Assembly: GCA_965248435.1 (NCBI GenBank)
Contig: OZ252100.1
Location: 5,088,001 to 5,152,000, forward strand
Length of the DNA: 64,000 nt
DNA from: Candidatus Latescibacterota bacterium
GTDB lineage: Bacteria; Latescibacterota; UBA2968; GCA-2709665
Direction: 5' to 3'
Numbering within the stretch: the stretch's first letter is position 1; every line of letters starts with the position of its first letter. Shown in pieces: positions 39,845 through 49,864 of this stretch. The position numbers and the translations under genes were made by a program. The notes beneath the pieces are model-generated. The model was not told where the DNA came from. It did not search any database and saw only the letters and a list, made by a program, of their open reading frames with translations.

Positions 39845-42321
39845 ATGGATGCCCCTGCGGTGTCTCCGGAAGACCGGACCGACAGACTGCTCTACAGCAT
39901 GAGTTCCCTCTACGAGATGGGCGACCTGATCGCATCGGAAGCGGATATCGAAGAGGTCGCCGAGACGGCTTTGCGGGGCATCATGGGGGCGGTCGCTGTT
40001 TCGTCGGGGGCGCTGCTTATCGACGATGCCAAAGACGGGTGTCTCCGGACCTCGGCGGTCCGGGGGGTTAAGGTGGGTCTGTCCCCGGTTTCGATCGACG
40101 CGTCTGCTCGATCGTTTTTGGCTCGGAAGAAGCGCCCGATCCTTTTCGAGGCGGGCGAATGGCCGAGTGAGCTCAACTGCTGCCGCGAGTCGCTGATGCG
40201 CCTGAACCCTCGCGTCTGGATTCCACTCGTTTTTCGAAACGAGGTCCAGGGGATCCTGAGTCTCGGCGAAAAGTTCCTGGGGGTCGACTACTCGAAGATG
40301 ACGTCCAGCTCCTGTGGACGACGGGGCGACACCTTTCCATCGGCCTCTACAATCAGCGGCTGATTTCCGAGATTCGAAACGCAACATTTCAAGTGAACCG
40401 AAAGGTCGTGGAGCTCGAAACCCTCTACGACGCCGGACTGGCCTTAGGGTCTTCCCTTCAGGTAAAGGAAGTCATCGAGGAGGTGCTGCTGCTGTCGGTC
40501 GGCATCGTGGATGCCCGGGGCGGCTGTTTGATTCTGAAAGACGAACAAACCGGGCGATTTGGGCTCGAGCATTCTGTAGGACTCACGTCCGAGGCGTGTG
40601 AGGTGATGGGTGAGACTTCCTTCCGCCGCAAGATCGCCAGGATGATCAGCTCCAGGAAACCGCTCGAGCCTAGCTCGAAAGATTTCTCGCGTGAGCCGGA
40701 TTTCGAGTTTGCGCTTGCCGCTCCCGTCGGCGAAGTAGGCGGAATCGTTGTCGTCGACAAAGAGACACACGAAGGCATTCAGGCGTTCACGGAAGCGGAC
40801 GCCCATCTTCTGGAACTGATGGGCCAGCAGGCCGGGGCCGCGATCGCGAATGCGCGGCTCTACAAGAGTATGGTGGAGGTCAAGAACTACCAGCAGAACG
40901 TTCTTACAAGCATCGGCAATGGTGTGATTTCAACCGACCTGAAGGGCCGGATCGTGCAGGTGAATCCGTCTGTCAGGAGGATCTTTGGAATCGAAGAGAG
41001 TCTGCGCGGCAAGTCGTGCGCACGGTTTTTTCAAAGGAGCGGATGCAGAGAGATCGCACAGGCCGTAGCGGCCTCTCTAAAGGATGGTGAAGACCGAACG
41101 GTCGTCGGCGAGAACGTCCAGGAACGGGAGATCGCGCTGGACGCCAGCATCACGAGCCTCAGGAACGAACAGGATGAAGTCCAGGGCCTGGTGATCGCGC
41201 TCGAGGATCTGAGCCGAGAGACCCGGATGCGGACGATGTTCAAACAGTATGCGAGCGATCAGGTCGTGGACCTGCTCCTTGCCGACAACAACAGGCCGGT
41301 TCTGGGCGGGGAAATACGGGACGTCACCATCCTCTTCGTGGATGTGCGCGGGTCGACCGCGCTGCTGAGCCGGATCGGCCCGGAAGAGATGGTGCTGCTT
41401 CTCAACGAATGCTTTTCCCGTTTGAACGAGATCATCTTCGGATACAACGGCACGTTCGATAAGTATACAGGCGACGGTTTCATGGTGGTCTATGGCGCAC
41501 CGGTCGCGTTTCCTGACGACAGCGAGCGCGCCGTGATGTCGGCCCTGGCCATGCACCAGGAGATGGAGCGGTTCAATCGGGATCGAGGCGACGCACTCGG
41601 GCTTGGCTACGGGATTACTCGTGGAAAGGTGCTGGCCGGGAACATCGGCTCGATTCGGCGAATGGAGTACACGGTCATCGGACCGGCCGTCGGACTTTCG
41701 GCACGTCTCTGTGACGCGGCCCGCGGCGGAGAGATCTGGACCGGTCCGGAGATACACGCGGAGTTGAAGGACCGTTTTGACTTCGAATCCCGCGGGATTC
41801 AGAGGTTTAAGGGTCTGGATCCGACACACGTCTACGAGGTTTTCGGACCCCGGGGTACGCGTCGGCGCCCGACCAGGAAAGGAGGTGGGAAGATGGTGGA
41901 ACGCAGATCCAAGGCAGAGCCCAAAATAGATCTGACGATCCCCATGATTCCGGACATGGAGCTTGCGGCCAGCAAGACGGCGGAGGGGGTCGGCGAGTTT
42001 ATGGGGTTGGACCAGAATAAGGTCGAAGAAGTGAAAATGGCTTTGATCGAGGCGTGCATCAATGCCTTCGAACACAGCCAGAGCAAGGACCGCCGTGTCT
42101 TCCTGGATTTCGATGTGGGAAACGATGCACTCACGATACGGATTTCTGACCGGGGTCAGGGATTCGATCCGGAGCGTGCACAGGAAATTGCGATCGAGCG
42201 GAGGGAGCGGCACGAGAGCCGCCGCGGGTGGGGGTTGAAGATCATAGAAGAGTTGATGGACGAAGTGGACATCAAATCCGACGAGAACGGTACGGTCATT
42301 ACCATGGTGAAGCGTCACTGA
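39845..42321 (+). pseudogene. GAF-GAF-PAS-class III cyclase-RsbW kinase gene with a 1-nt frameshift near 40293
   Basis: Restoring one base in GAC TAC TCG AAG gives DYSEDDVQLLWTTGRHLSIGLYNQRL...QVNRKVVELETLYD, joining ORFs 39845 and 40393. Cyclase motifs ILFVDVRG and DKYTGDG. Confidence 0.75.
41893..42321 (+). CDS. RsbW-type anti-sigma/Ser kinase domain with its own in-frame start
   Basis: AAGGAGGT (41879-41886) before ATG 41893; EACINAFEHS, DRGQGFD and GWGL.II.ELMD. Confidence 0.6.
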   Translation: MVERRSKAEPKIDLTIPMIPDMELAASKTAEGVGEFMGLDQNKVEEVKMALIEACINAFEHSQSKDRRVFLDFDVGNDALTIRISDRGQGFDPERAQEIAIERRERHESRRGWGLKIIEELMDEVDIKSDENGTVITMVKRH

Positions 42322-42336
42322 GGACAGGAGTCGGCA

Positions 42337-42687
42337 ATGTCAGAGAGTCTGCAGGTACGGGTTCGGCGGGAGGGAGAGATCGGGGTCCTCGAGACCGACG
42401 GCTACATCAATAATCTTGGGGCCGAAAAGGTCGCGGAAATGTGCGAAGGGTTGATTCAGGAGGGCGTCAAGGACTTCGTGATCAACCTCGAGAAGTCGCG
42501 GATCATCAACAGCATCGGGATCTCGATCCTGATCGAGGTCATCGAGAAGGTCAGGGGCCTGGAGGGAAACGTCGCGTTTTGCTGTGTGACGCCCACCATC
42601 GCGAAGACGTTCAAGATTATGGGGCTTCTGAAGGCGTCGAGCATCCACGATGACGAGAGCGCGGCGGTTGCCGCCTTGGCCGGGTGA
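42337..42687 (+). CDS. STAS anti-sigma factor antagonist
   Basis: INSIGISIL and KTFKIMGL; paralog of 38619. Confidence 0.9.
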   Translation: MSESLQVRVRREGEIGVLETDGYINNLGAEKVAEMCEGLIQEGVKDFVINLEKSRIINSIGISILIEVIEKVRGLEGNVAFCCVTPTIAKTFKIMGLLKASSIHDDESAAVAALAG

Positions 42688-42740
42688 GTTGAAGATCGGG
42701 TACCGGGGTTCGGGTACCGGGTACCGGAACTGTGGATCGT

Positions 42741-42789
42741 GTAGAGACGCCCCGGTGGCGGTAGAGACGCCCCGCTGGGGCGTCTCTAT
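42741..42789. repeat. REP-like GTAG palindromes (one half copy, one full copy)
   Basis: GTAGAGACGCCCCG...GGGGCGTCTCTA; same family as 49199 and 49481. Confidence 0.85.
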
Positions 42790-42890
42790 GCCGACGCAGA
42801 TACATTGCCAGGGTGGGCGGCGACCGGTGTCTGCATCGGCCGGGGTGGGATCGTTGGAAAACGCGCGGGAGAATCACCTATAATTAATGT

Positions 42891-42928
42891 AAAGGCCCCG
42901 AGGCCAGCCCCCGGGGCCTTTCTGTTTT
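42891..42928. terminator. Bidirectional terminator
   Basis: AAAGGCCCCG...CGGGGCCTTT-ctgtttt between convergent genes. Confidence 0.75.
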
Positions 42929-45900
42929 ATGATCGGCGACGCTTTGTCTTGTCCATCCGGACCACGACGCAGGTGATGTCGTCGGCCTGAGGCGCCGCTC
43001 CTCGGAACGCGTCCATCCGTTTCATGATGAAGTCTATGGTTTCCGACGCCGACAGGTCCTCTTTACACGCAGATCGGATCGTTTCCATCGTGGCTTCGAA
43101 CCCGAATTGATCTCCCGCTCCGTTTTCGGCTTCCGGGATGCCGTCCGAATAGAAGACGAGCCGATCTCCATCCTGGAGTTTGGCCTCTACAACAGGAAAC
43201 TCGGTGTCGGGCCGAACGCCGAGCGGGTAGGCGTCCATCACGATCTCTCTCAACTCTCCGGATGATGCGCTGAAATGGGTGGGATATGGACATCCCCCGT
43301 TCGTGAGCCGCACATCTCCGGTGGACAGATTCAGCTCGCCGATTTCGAGACAGATGAACGTCTCCTTCGGGAGCATTCTGCATAGGGCCCGGTTGAGGCG
43401 GTCGAAAACCTCTTCCAGGGTCCCGCCCATTCTCATGTGCGTATCGAGCATCCCGCTGAACATGAGCATGGGCACCGCCGCTTCCATGGCGTGACCCGTG
43501 ACATCGGCCATCACCCCGGCCACGCGACTCTTCGAAAGCGCAAAGTACTGGAAGAAGTCTCCGCCGACGTGATTCGCCGGCACGCAGCGGCCGGCGATGT
43601 CGAACCCTTTGATGCGAAGACTTTCCCTGGCCATCAGGCTCTTCTGCAGGTCGTGGGCGGTCTGGAGTTCATCTTCCGCCTCCGCGATGAGCCTTCGGTC
43701 GCGACGGATCACCCGAACGGTCTGCCAGATCGTCAAGGCGATGAAGAGACTCAGCGCAGAGATCCAGCCGATTCGTTCATAGGGCAGATGCACGTGGAGT
43801 AGAACGGTGGCCGGTGTCTCGGAGTAGACCATGTCCCGGTCGACGGCCTGCACTTCGAACGTATACGAGCCCACGGGAAGATCCTGAACCTCCCAGCGAC
43901 GATCCCGAGTCGTCTTCCAGTCGTCGTCATAGCCCTTGAGGCGGTGTCTGTATACCATGGCGTCCGGCCGGGTCTTGAAGCTCATCCCGTGGAACTCGAA
44001 GCCAACGACTCCGACCGTGGATGGGATCGAAAGTTCGTCCTCGCGTTCGTAGCGGTGGTCGGCCACGACGGCATCGATAACGATCGGCGGGCGGAGCGGG
44101 GCGGGCGAGCGAAACCGCGTTACGCCCTTGTTGGTCCCGATCCAGATGTCGCCGTCCCTGCTCTCCAGAATTCCGCCTCCACTTACGTAGTTGCCCGCCA
44201 GTCCATCGTCGCTGGTCAAGGTCTGAAAGACGTCCCCGTCAAACCGGCTTAAGCCCCCGCCAGAAGTGCCGAACCAGAGATGCCCGTTCCGATCCTTTAG
44301 AATATGGGTCACCTCGTTGGACGCCAATCCGTCCTTTGTCGTGAACGTGGTCCACGCCTGCTCGGGACTTGATCCGGGGTCGAACCGGCTCACCCCTCCC
44401 CCGAACGTGCCAAACCAGATCTCCCCCTCGGGACCTTCCAGCATCGCGAGCACCTCATCTTGAGCCAGCCCGTCTTCTATCGTGAACGTCTCCCAACCCT
44501 TGCACTCCGAAGAAGGATCGTATCGGCTCGCTCCGCGCTTTGTGCCGAACCAGAGATGTCCATCCCGGTCCTGGATTATGGACGATCGAACGGCATTGTC
44601 CGCCAGCCCGTCATCCGTGGTAAAGGTAGCCCAGGTCTGGCCATCGAAGCGGCTGGCACCCCCATCCGTGGCGAACCAGATGTGCCCGACCCGATCCTGG
44701 AAAATCGCGTGTACGTCATCGTTCCCCAGCCCGTCTTTTGTCGTGAAAGTGGTCCACGTCTTCCCATCGTAGTGACTCACTCCGCCCCTCTGCGTGCCGA
44801 ACCAGAAGACTCCGTCCCGATCCTGGAGGATCGAAGACACCCGTTGTCCCACGAGCCCGTCTTCTGCGGTGAAGGTGGTCCACGACTGCCCCGCCTGCCC
44901 TGAGCCCCGTCGAAGGGGACTCGATCCGGAGTCAAACCGGCTCACTCCGCCGGGCGTGCCGAACCAGAGATGCCCGTCCCGGTCCTGGTGGACCGATTCC
45001 ACACGGTCGTTCACCAGCCCGTCTTCTGTCGTGAAGGTGATCCACGTTCGACCGCCATACCGGCTCAGTCCAGTGTAGGTGCCGACCCAAAGGTCACCCT
45101 CCCGATCCTGAAGGAGTGAGATGACGGTGTCGTCAGGCAGGCCGTCTTCTGTGGTGAAGGTGGTCCAGGCAGCCTGTCCCGGGCTTGACCCGGGATCATA
45201 CCTGCTCACGCCGCCCGAGGTGCCGAACCAGGGGTGTCCTTCTCGGTCCTGGAGGAGCGAAGTCACGTGATTGTGCGCCAGCCCGTCTTCTGTGGTAAAG
45301 GTGGTCCAGGCTTGCCCCGGACTCGATCCGGGGCCTGTCCCGCCTGCCCTGAGCTCTGTCGAAGGGGCCTCCGAGCCGGGATCATACCGACTCACACCCC
45401 CCCACGTGCCGAACCAGAAGGCTCCCTCCTGATCCTGGAAGATTGAGGACACATCATTGTGTGCCAGCCCATCTTTTGTGGTGAAGGTGACCCATGACTT
45501 CCCCGGACCTGATCCGGGGTCGTATCGGCTCACACCGTCGTTGGTTCCAAACCATAGATTGCCCTCTCGATCCTGGAGGATCGACCCCACGCTGTCGTTC
45601 GCCAGGCCATCTTCTGTGGTGAGGGTGGTCCACGAGTCGCCATCGTACCGGCTCACGCCGGCGGAGGTGCCGAACCAGAAATGCCCCTCCCGATCCTGAA
45701 GGATCCGTGCCGATCGGTCGTGCGCCAGGCCATCTTCTGTGGTGAACGTGGTCCACGCCACCTGTCCCGAGCCCGGTCCCTGCGTACGCAGGGAGGGATC
45801 GTACCGGCTCACGCCAGAAAAGGTGCCAAACCAGAAACGACCTTCCCGATCCTGGAAGATCGATCTCACCCTGTTGTCGGCGAGACCGTCTTCCGTGTCG

Positions 45901-46178
45901 AGCGTCGTAAAGGTCTGTCCGTCATAGCGAATGACGCCGCTGGCCCTGCTGCAGAGCCAGAGGACGCCATCGCGATCCTGATAGATGCACGGAATAAAGC
46001 CGCTGACGAGGCCGTCGGTGACGTCGTAGGTCCGCCACACGCCCTTCATGGAAGGGGGTGACGAGGCTTGCTGGCCCGTCGACTCGAGAGGGAAAGCGAG
46101 GAATAGGGTGAGGGCTAAGATGTGAAGAACGGGGGTGAGGCGTCTGCGCATAGGCGAGCACCAACACGAAAGGGGCAC
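42927..46178 (-). CDS. Membrane sensor: beta-propeller repeats, Y_Y_Y, TM and SpoIIE/PP2C phosphatase
   Basis: About 14 FTTxDGL...QDRxG..WFGT repeats; GSYTFEV; GGDFF, ADVTGH, YSDGI.E and DDIT. Confidence 0.92.
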   Translation of the reverse strand: MPLSCWCSPMRRRLTPVLHILALTLFLAFPLESTGQQASSPPSMKGVWRTYDVTDGLVSGFIPCIYQDRDGVLWLCSRASGVIRYDGQTFTTLDTEDGLADNRVRSIFQDREGRFWFGTFSGVSRYDPSLRTQGPGSGQVAWTTFTTEDGLAHDRSARILQDREGHFWFGTSAGVSRYDGDSWTTLTTEDGLANDSVGSILQDREGNLWFGTNDGVSRYDPGSGPGKSWVTFTTKDGLAHNDVSSIFQDQEGAFWFGTWGGVSRYDPGSEAPSTELRAGGTGPGSSPGQAWTTFTTEDGLAHNHVTSLLQDREGHPWFGTSGGVSRYDPGSSPGQAAWTTFTTEDGLPDDTVISLLQDREGDLWVGTYTGLSRYGGRTWITFTTEDGLVNDRVESVHQDRDGHLWFGTPGGVSRFDSGSSPLRRGSGQAGQSWTTFTAEDGLVGQRVSSILQDRDGVFWFGTQRGGVSHYDGKTWTTFTTKDGLGNDDVHAIFQDRVGHIWFATDGGASRFDGQTWATFTTDDGLADNAVRSSIIQDRDGHLWFGTKRGASRYDPSSECKGWETFTIEDGLAQDEVLAMLEGPEGEIWFGTFGGGVSRFDPGSSPEQAWTTFTTKDGLASNEVTHILKDRNGHLWFGTSGGGLSRFDGDVFQTLTSDDGLAGNYVSGGGILESRDGDIWIGTNKGVTRFRSPAPLRPPIVIDAVVADHRYEREDELSIPSTVGVVGFEFHGMSFKTRPDAMVYRHRLKGYDDDWKTTRDRRWEVQDLPVGSYTFEVQAVDRDMVYSETPATVLLHVHLPYERIGWISALSLFIALTIWQTVRVIRRDRRLIAEAEDELQTAHDLQKSLMARESLRIKGFDIAGRCVPANHVGGDFFQYFALSKSRVAGVMADVTGHAMEAAVPMLMFSGMLDTHMRMGGTLEEVFDRLNRALCRMLPKETFICLEIGELNLSTGDVRLTNGGCPYPTHFSASSGELREIVMDAYPLGVRPDTEFPVVEAKLQDGDRLVFYSDGIPEAENGAGDQFGFEATMETIRSACKEDLSASETIDFIMKRMDAFRGAAPQADDITCVVVRMDKTKRRRS

Positions 46179-46312
46179 ACTGAAGACCCGACGTATGCCC
46201 CTTTTTAAATCCCTCGGTTTGAGAGGCCCCGACCCTCAAACAGGATTTGCTGTCAACATCTTATGCTGCAATAAGATCTGCAATGGCAAAATAGGCCACG
46301 GCACCGTAAAAG

Positions 46313-46372
46313 ACAAGGGAAATCACGAAAGGGATCACGAAATGCGCGAAGGAGCACGAAAACGCACGAAAC
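46313..46372. repeat. CACGAAA-type short intergenic repeats
   Basis: tcacgaaa, tcacgaaa, gcgcgaag, gcacgaaa and gcacgaaa within about 55 bp. Confidence 0.6.
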
Positions 46373-46580
46373 CCTACGGCGGCGACCGGTGTCTGCCTCG
46401 GACAGGGTGGGATCGTTCGCGAAGTGCGCGGGGAAATCGTGTGACGGGAATAGCACGGGAATGAATTCCCGCGCGGGAGAATCACAAAGTCCGCCCTCTG
46501 ACGGACTCGCTCTTTCCGGTAAAAAATCCCCACCAGAAAGACTCTGACAGGGAGACTCAACACACAGCTCGACACTTTGT

Positions 46581-46796
46581 TTAAGCTGGTTCTACGTCCA
46601 TGTAGTCGGCTTCGGAGCTTGGCTAGGGAATGGGTTGGCCATCTTCCTTGAGCCCCTCCAAGTGAAATTCAATCGCTTCCTGAATCAGTTTTCTAACTTC
46701 CTCTCTGGTCTCGGCCGCTGCAACACAACCCGGGAGATCGGGAACGTATGCGCCGTAGGAGGCTTCGCCTTTTTCAATGATGATTGCGTATTTCAT
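46581..46796 (-). pseudogene. hicB: HicB-family antitoxin with premature TAG at codon 58
   Basis: MKYAIIIEKGEASYGAYVPDLPGCVAAAETREEVRKLIQEAIEFHLEGLKEDGQPIP*PSSEADYMDVEPA*. Absent from the ORF track. Confidence 0.8.
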
Positions 46797-47089
46797 AGCT
46801 TCGATCCCGCCACTTTTAGTCTTCGAATTTTTCTATCTGGTTTGCTCACTGCGAGTTCGTAAGAGGTCTGAAGGTTCAACCAGAACCGGGGCGTATTGCC
46901 AAACGCGCCGGAGAAAAGCCAGGCCGTTTGCGGCGTGATCCCCCTCTTTCCTTTTACGACCTCGTTGACTCTTTGAATGGGCATGCCAATGTGCTCGGCG
47001 AATGCCACCTGAGTCATCTCCATCGGCTTCAGGAATTACTCAAGAAGAATCTGTCCTGGATGTGTCGGGATTCGGTTCTGTGGGGTCAT
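46793..47089 (-). pseudogene. higA: HigA-family antitoxin with premature TAA at codon 18
   Basis: MTPQNRIPTHPGQILLE*FLKPMEMTQ...RGITP...FWLNLQ; GGAGG RBS before 47089. Confidence 0.85.
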
Positions 47090-47223
47090 GCTATCCTCCC
47101 AGTGATAGTCGGTCAATGAGACATCGTATCCTGAGTTTTACTCAGAAATATACACTTTGTCAAGATGTCACGGCTTCTTCCGCGGATATCCCATCGAAAC
47201 TAAGCCCATGCTGAATTCACACG

Positions 47224-47898
47224 CTATGTCGCTCGATCGCTCTCTAACTGACCATCTTTGAGGGTCACGACCCTTTGCGCGCGTCCGGCGATCGATTCGT
47301 CGTGCGTGACGAGGAGGATCGTCTGACCCCGCTCGTGGAGGTCCTCGAGTATCTGCATAATCTCGTCGCCAGTACGGCTGTCCAGGTTGCCTGTGGGCTC
47401 ATCGGCTAGGATGATCGAGGGATCATTAACGAGCGCACGTGCTATAGCGACGCGCTGGTGCTGACCTCCAGAGAGTTCGCTGGGTCGGTGCGACATTCGG
47501 TCTTTCAGGCCCACCATCTCAAGTACGATCTGTGCTCGATCACGGCGGTTCTTTCTGGGGGATGCCGAATAGATGAGCGGTAATTCAACGTTCTGAAGGG
47601 CGGTGGCCCGGTTTAGCAGGTTGAAGGTCTGAAATACGAACCCGATCCTCCGGTTCCGGATCTCTGCAAGGACATCGCCGTTCATTCTGTTAACACGCTC
47701 ACCGCCCAATTCATAGCATCCAGAAGTAGGGGTATCGAGACATCCGAGGATGTTGAGGAGCGTGGACTTGCCCGATCCGGACGGCCCCATTAAGGCGACA
47801 TACTCGTTCTGGGAGACGTTCAGATCGATCCCCTTGAGGGCGTGGATGGACTCGACGCCCATTCTATAGGTCTTCTGTATCTTTTCGAGACGGATCAT
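47224..47898 (-). CDS. ABC transporter ATP-binding protein (LolD/MacB type)
   Basis: [14 protein letters not shown] and ADEPTGNLD. Confidence 0.95.
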   Translation of the reverse strand: MIRLEKIQKTYRMGVESIHALKGIDLNVSQNEYVALMGPSGSGKSTLLNILGCLDTPTSGCYELGGERVNRMNGDVLAEIRNRRIGFVFQTFNLLNRATALQNVELPLIYSASPRKNRRDRAQIVLEMVGLKDRMSHRPSELSGGQHQRVAIARALVNDPSIILADEPTGNLDSRTGDEIMQILEDLHERGQTILLVTHDESIAGRAQRVVTLKDGQLESDRAT

Positions 47899-47908
47899 TC
47901 TTGAGGTG

Positions 47909-49135
47909 TCAATCGTATCGCAGCGCCTCGACAGGGTGGAGGCTCGATGCCCGGGCAGCGGGGTAGACTCCGAAGAATACGCCGATGCCCCCCGAGAAGA
48001 GGATGGCCAGTCCGATAGAACTCAACGAGACTACACTTGAAAACGATGCCTCGGAAAAATGCGCTATTGTCGCAGAACTCCCAAATCCGAGCCCCAGGCC
48101 GCAAACAACACCGAGGAGACCGCCGAATAGGCTGAGGACAGCGGACTCGACGATAAACTGTAGAAGAATGTGCCTCCGTTTAGCGCCAAGAGCTTTGCGT
48201 ATGCCGATCTCTCTCGTGCGTTCCGTGACGGAGAAAAGCATCACATTCATGATTCCGATCCCGCCGACCAACAGGGAAATGCCCGCTACCCCGCCGGCCA
48301 CCAGCTTTAGGACCAGAACGATGCGTTCCAGATTCTCAAGGATGCTCTCGCCGGTCACGATCAAGAATTCGTCGCCGTGTCTATGGAACCGTTCGAGCAC
48401 CATCCGGATGTCCTGAGCAACGCGGTGAACCTCGGCTCCATTGTTCAAGTAGACAAACACTACATCATAGTGGTCATTTCCCGTGATTCGTTTTTGGATC
48501 GTACTCACAGGAACAACGATCTGTTTGCCCCAATCCTCTCCGAAGAGCGTTCTGGGTTTCATCACGCCGATAACGGTATAGCGTTCGCCGTTAAGCTTGA
48601 TCTCTCGGCCAATGGCTTCCTGCTCCCCAAACAGTTCCTCGTCAACCTTGTTGCCGATCACACAAACCCTGCGCCACTCCCTCACGTCCCGGTTGGAGAG
48701 GAACCTGCCCTTGCTCAGGGCCCAGTCCATCATCCGGTGATAGCCCGGTAGGGTTCCCAGGATCTTCAAGGTGGTCGACGCTTTCTGGTAATGCACCTGG
48801 GCATTCCAACTGACCAGAGGAAAGGCCGCATCGATTTCGTCCGATCCGGCAGTGATCGCTTCAATGTCTCCGACTGTCAGCGTCTCCCGCCAGGCACGTC
48901 GAACCCGCCGCCCACCCTTGATGGCCCAGGGACCTGGCGGCTGTACGAGTATGAGGTTCGCGCCGCTGACCTGGACAAATTGCGACACGACGCTGTAGCG
49001 GAGCCCCTCACCGATCGACACGACGCCGACAACGGAGCCTATGCCGATTGTGATACCGAGAATCGTCAAGAGGGAGCGTAACGCGTTGGCATGCAGTTGG
49101 GAAAGCGCTACGGCAATAAGCTCAAGAATGTTCAA
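47909..49135 (-). CDS. MacB/FtsX-type ABC permease
   Basis: [20 protein letters not shown]...[17 protein letters not shown] and PVEALRY. Confidence 0.95.
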   Translation of the reverse strand: MNILELIAVALSQLHANALRSLLTILGITIGIGSVVGVVSIGEGLRYSVVSQFVQVSGANLILVQPPGPWAIKGGRRVRRAWRETLTVGDIEAITAGSDEIDAAFPLVSWNAQVHYQKASTTLKILGTLPGYHRMMDWALSKGRFLSNRDVREWRRVCVIGNKVDEELFGEQEAIGREIKLNGERYTVIGVMKPRTLFGEDWGKQIVVPVSTIQKRITGNDHYDVVFVYLNNGAEVHRVAQDIRMVLERFHRHGDEFLIVTGESILENLERIVLVLKLVAGGVAGISLLVGGIGIMNVMLFSVTERTREIGIRKALGAKRRHILLQFIVESAVLSLFGGLLGVVCGLGLGFGSSATIAHFSEASFSSVVSLSSIGLAILFSGGIGVFFGVYPAARASSLHPVEALRYD

Positions 49136-49198
49136 CAGGGTCTCTTCGTTTCGAATGATTGGTTTCTTTGTGACATTGCTGTGGTCTGATTCTACACA

Positions 49199-49225
49199 AG
49201 AGACGCCCTGCCATGGCGTCTCTAC
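49199..49225. repeat. REP-like palindrome at the RAYT 3' end
   Basis: Minus strand reads GTAGAGACGCC-atggcag-GGCGTCTCT. Confidence 0.8.
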
Positions 49226-49841
49226 AGCAACATCACCGTCGGTGGTGGTGGGTTTGGATAATGCTCATTCTGTTGCCACGTCATCGGATTATTCGCGATG
49301 TACCTTCTGAGAGTGTCCAATGAATCTTGATTCCAAATGATCCGATCATAAAACCCGGGTTGCCACGCGAAATGGTGATATCCCATCTTGCGAATTCGTT
49401 TTGTACAATTCGATTTAAATTGACCGACGATCGATCCCGGCGAATTTGGCATCCAAAATCGTGATGATCGAACGCCATTTGTAGAGACGCCCCGCCGGGG
49501 CGTCTCTAAGGTGGGTCGGGCGCCGGGGGGCGGCGGCCGGTTTCTGCATCGGCCGGGGTGGTATCACTCAGGATCTGTATGATCCCGTGCATATGGTTCG
49601 GCATAACGACCCAAGCGTCCAATTCTACTTTCGGCCGTATCCGCTCCGTTCTTTTCCACTCGTCCGCGACGATTTCACCGATTTCTGAAAATCGAATCTC
49701 TCCATTTGAGATGTCTCCAAGGAGACAGGCATGATCCTTCGTGCAGTTCGTGACGAAATACAAACCGGCCTTTGAGTAATCCCATCCGTGGAGACGTGTC
49801 GACTGGATCCGATATTTTTGACTGAAAAGATCATCCTTCAT
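49222..49841 (-). mobile_element. REP-associated tyrosine transposase (RAYT, Y1 HUH), frameshifted
   Basis: RL.GWDYS.AG.YFVT and MPNHMHGI in one frame; LETPRRGVST...SIVGQFKS...WQPGFYDRII...YIANNP in another. Internal REP at 49481-49508. Confidence 0.88.
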
Positions 49842-49864
49842 CGTTGGTTCTTGTCTTGTCCTTT

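Noticed and set aside
44200-46030. Regular ~130-bp repeats resembling a CRISPR array
   Set aside because: They are degenerate coding repeats of propeller blades in one ORF; no cas genes are present.
46500-46580. Integron attC site near the TA genes
   Set aside because: No clear RYYYAAC/GTTRRRY pair with internal symmetry, and no integrase.
46623-46625. TAG in hicB as pyrrolysine or recoding
   Set aside because: The neighbouring higA has a TAA lesion and many intact genes end in TAG; decay explains it.
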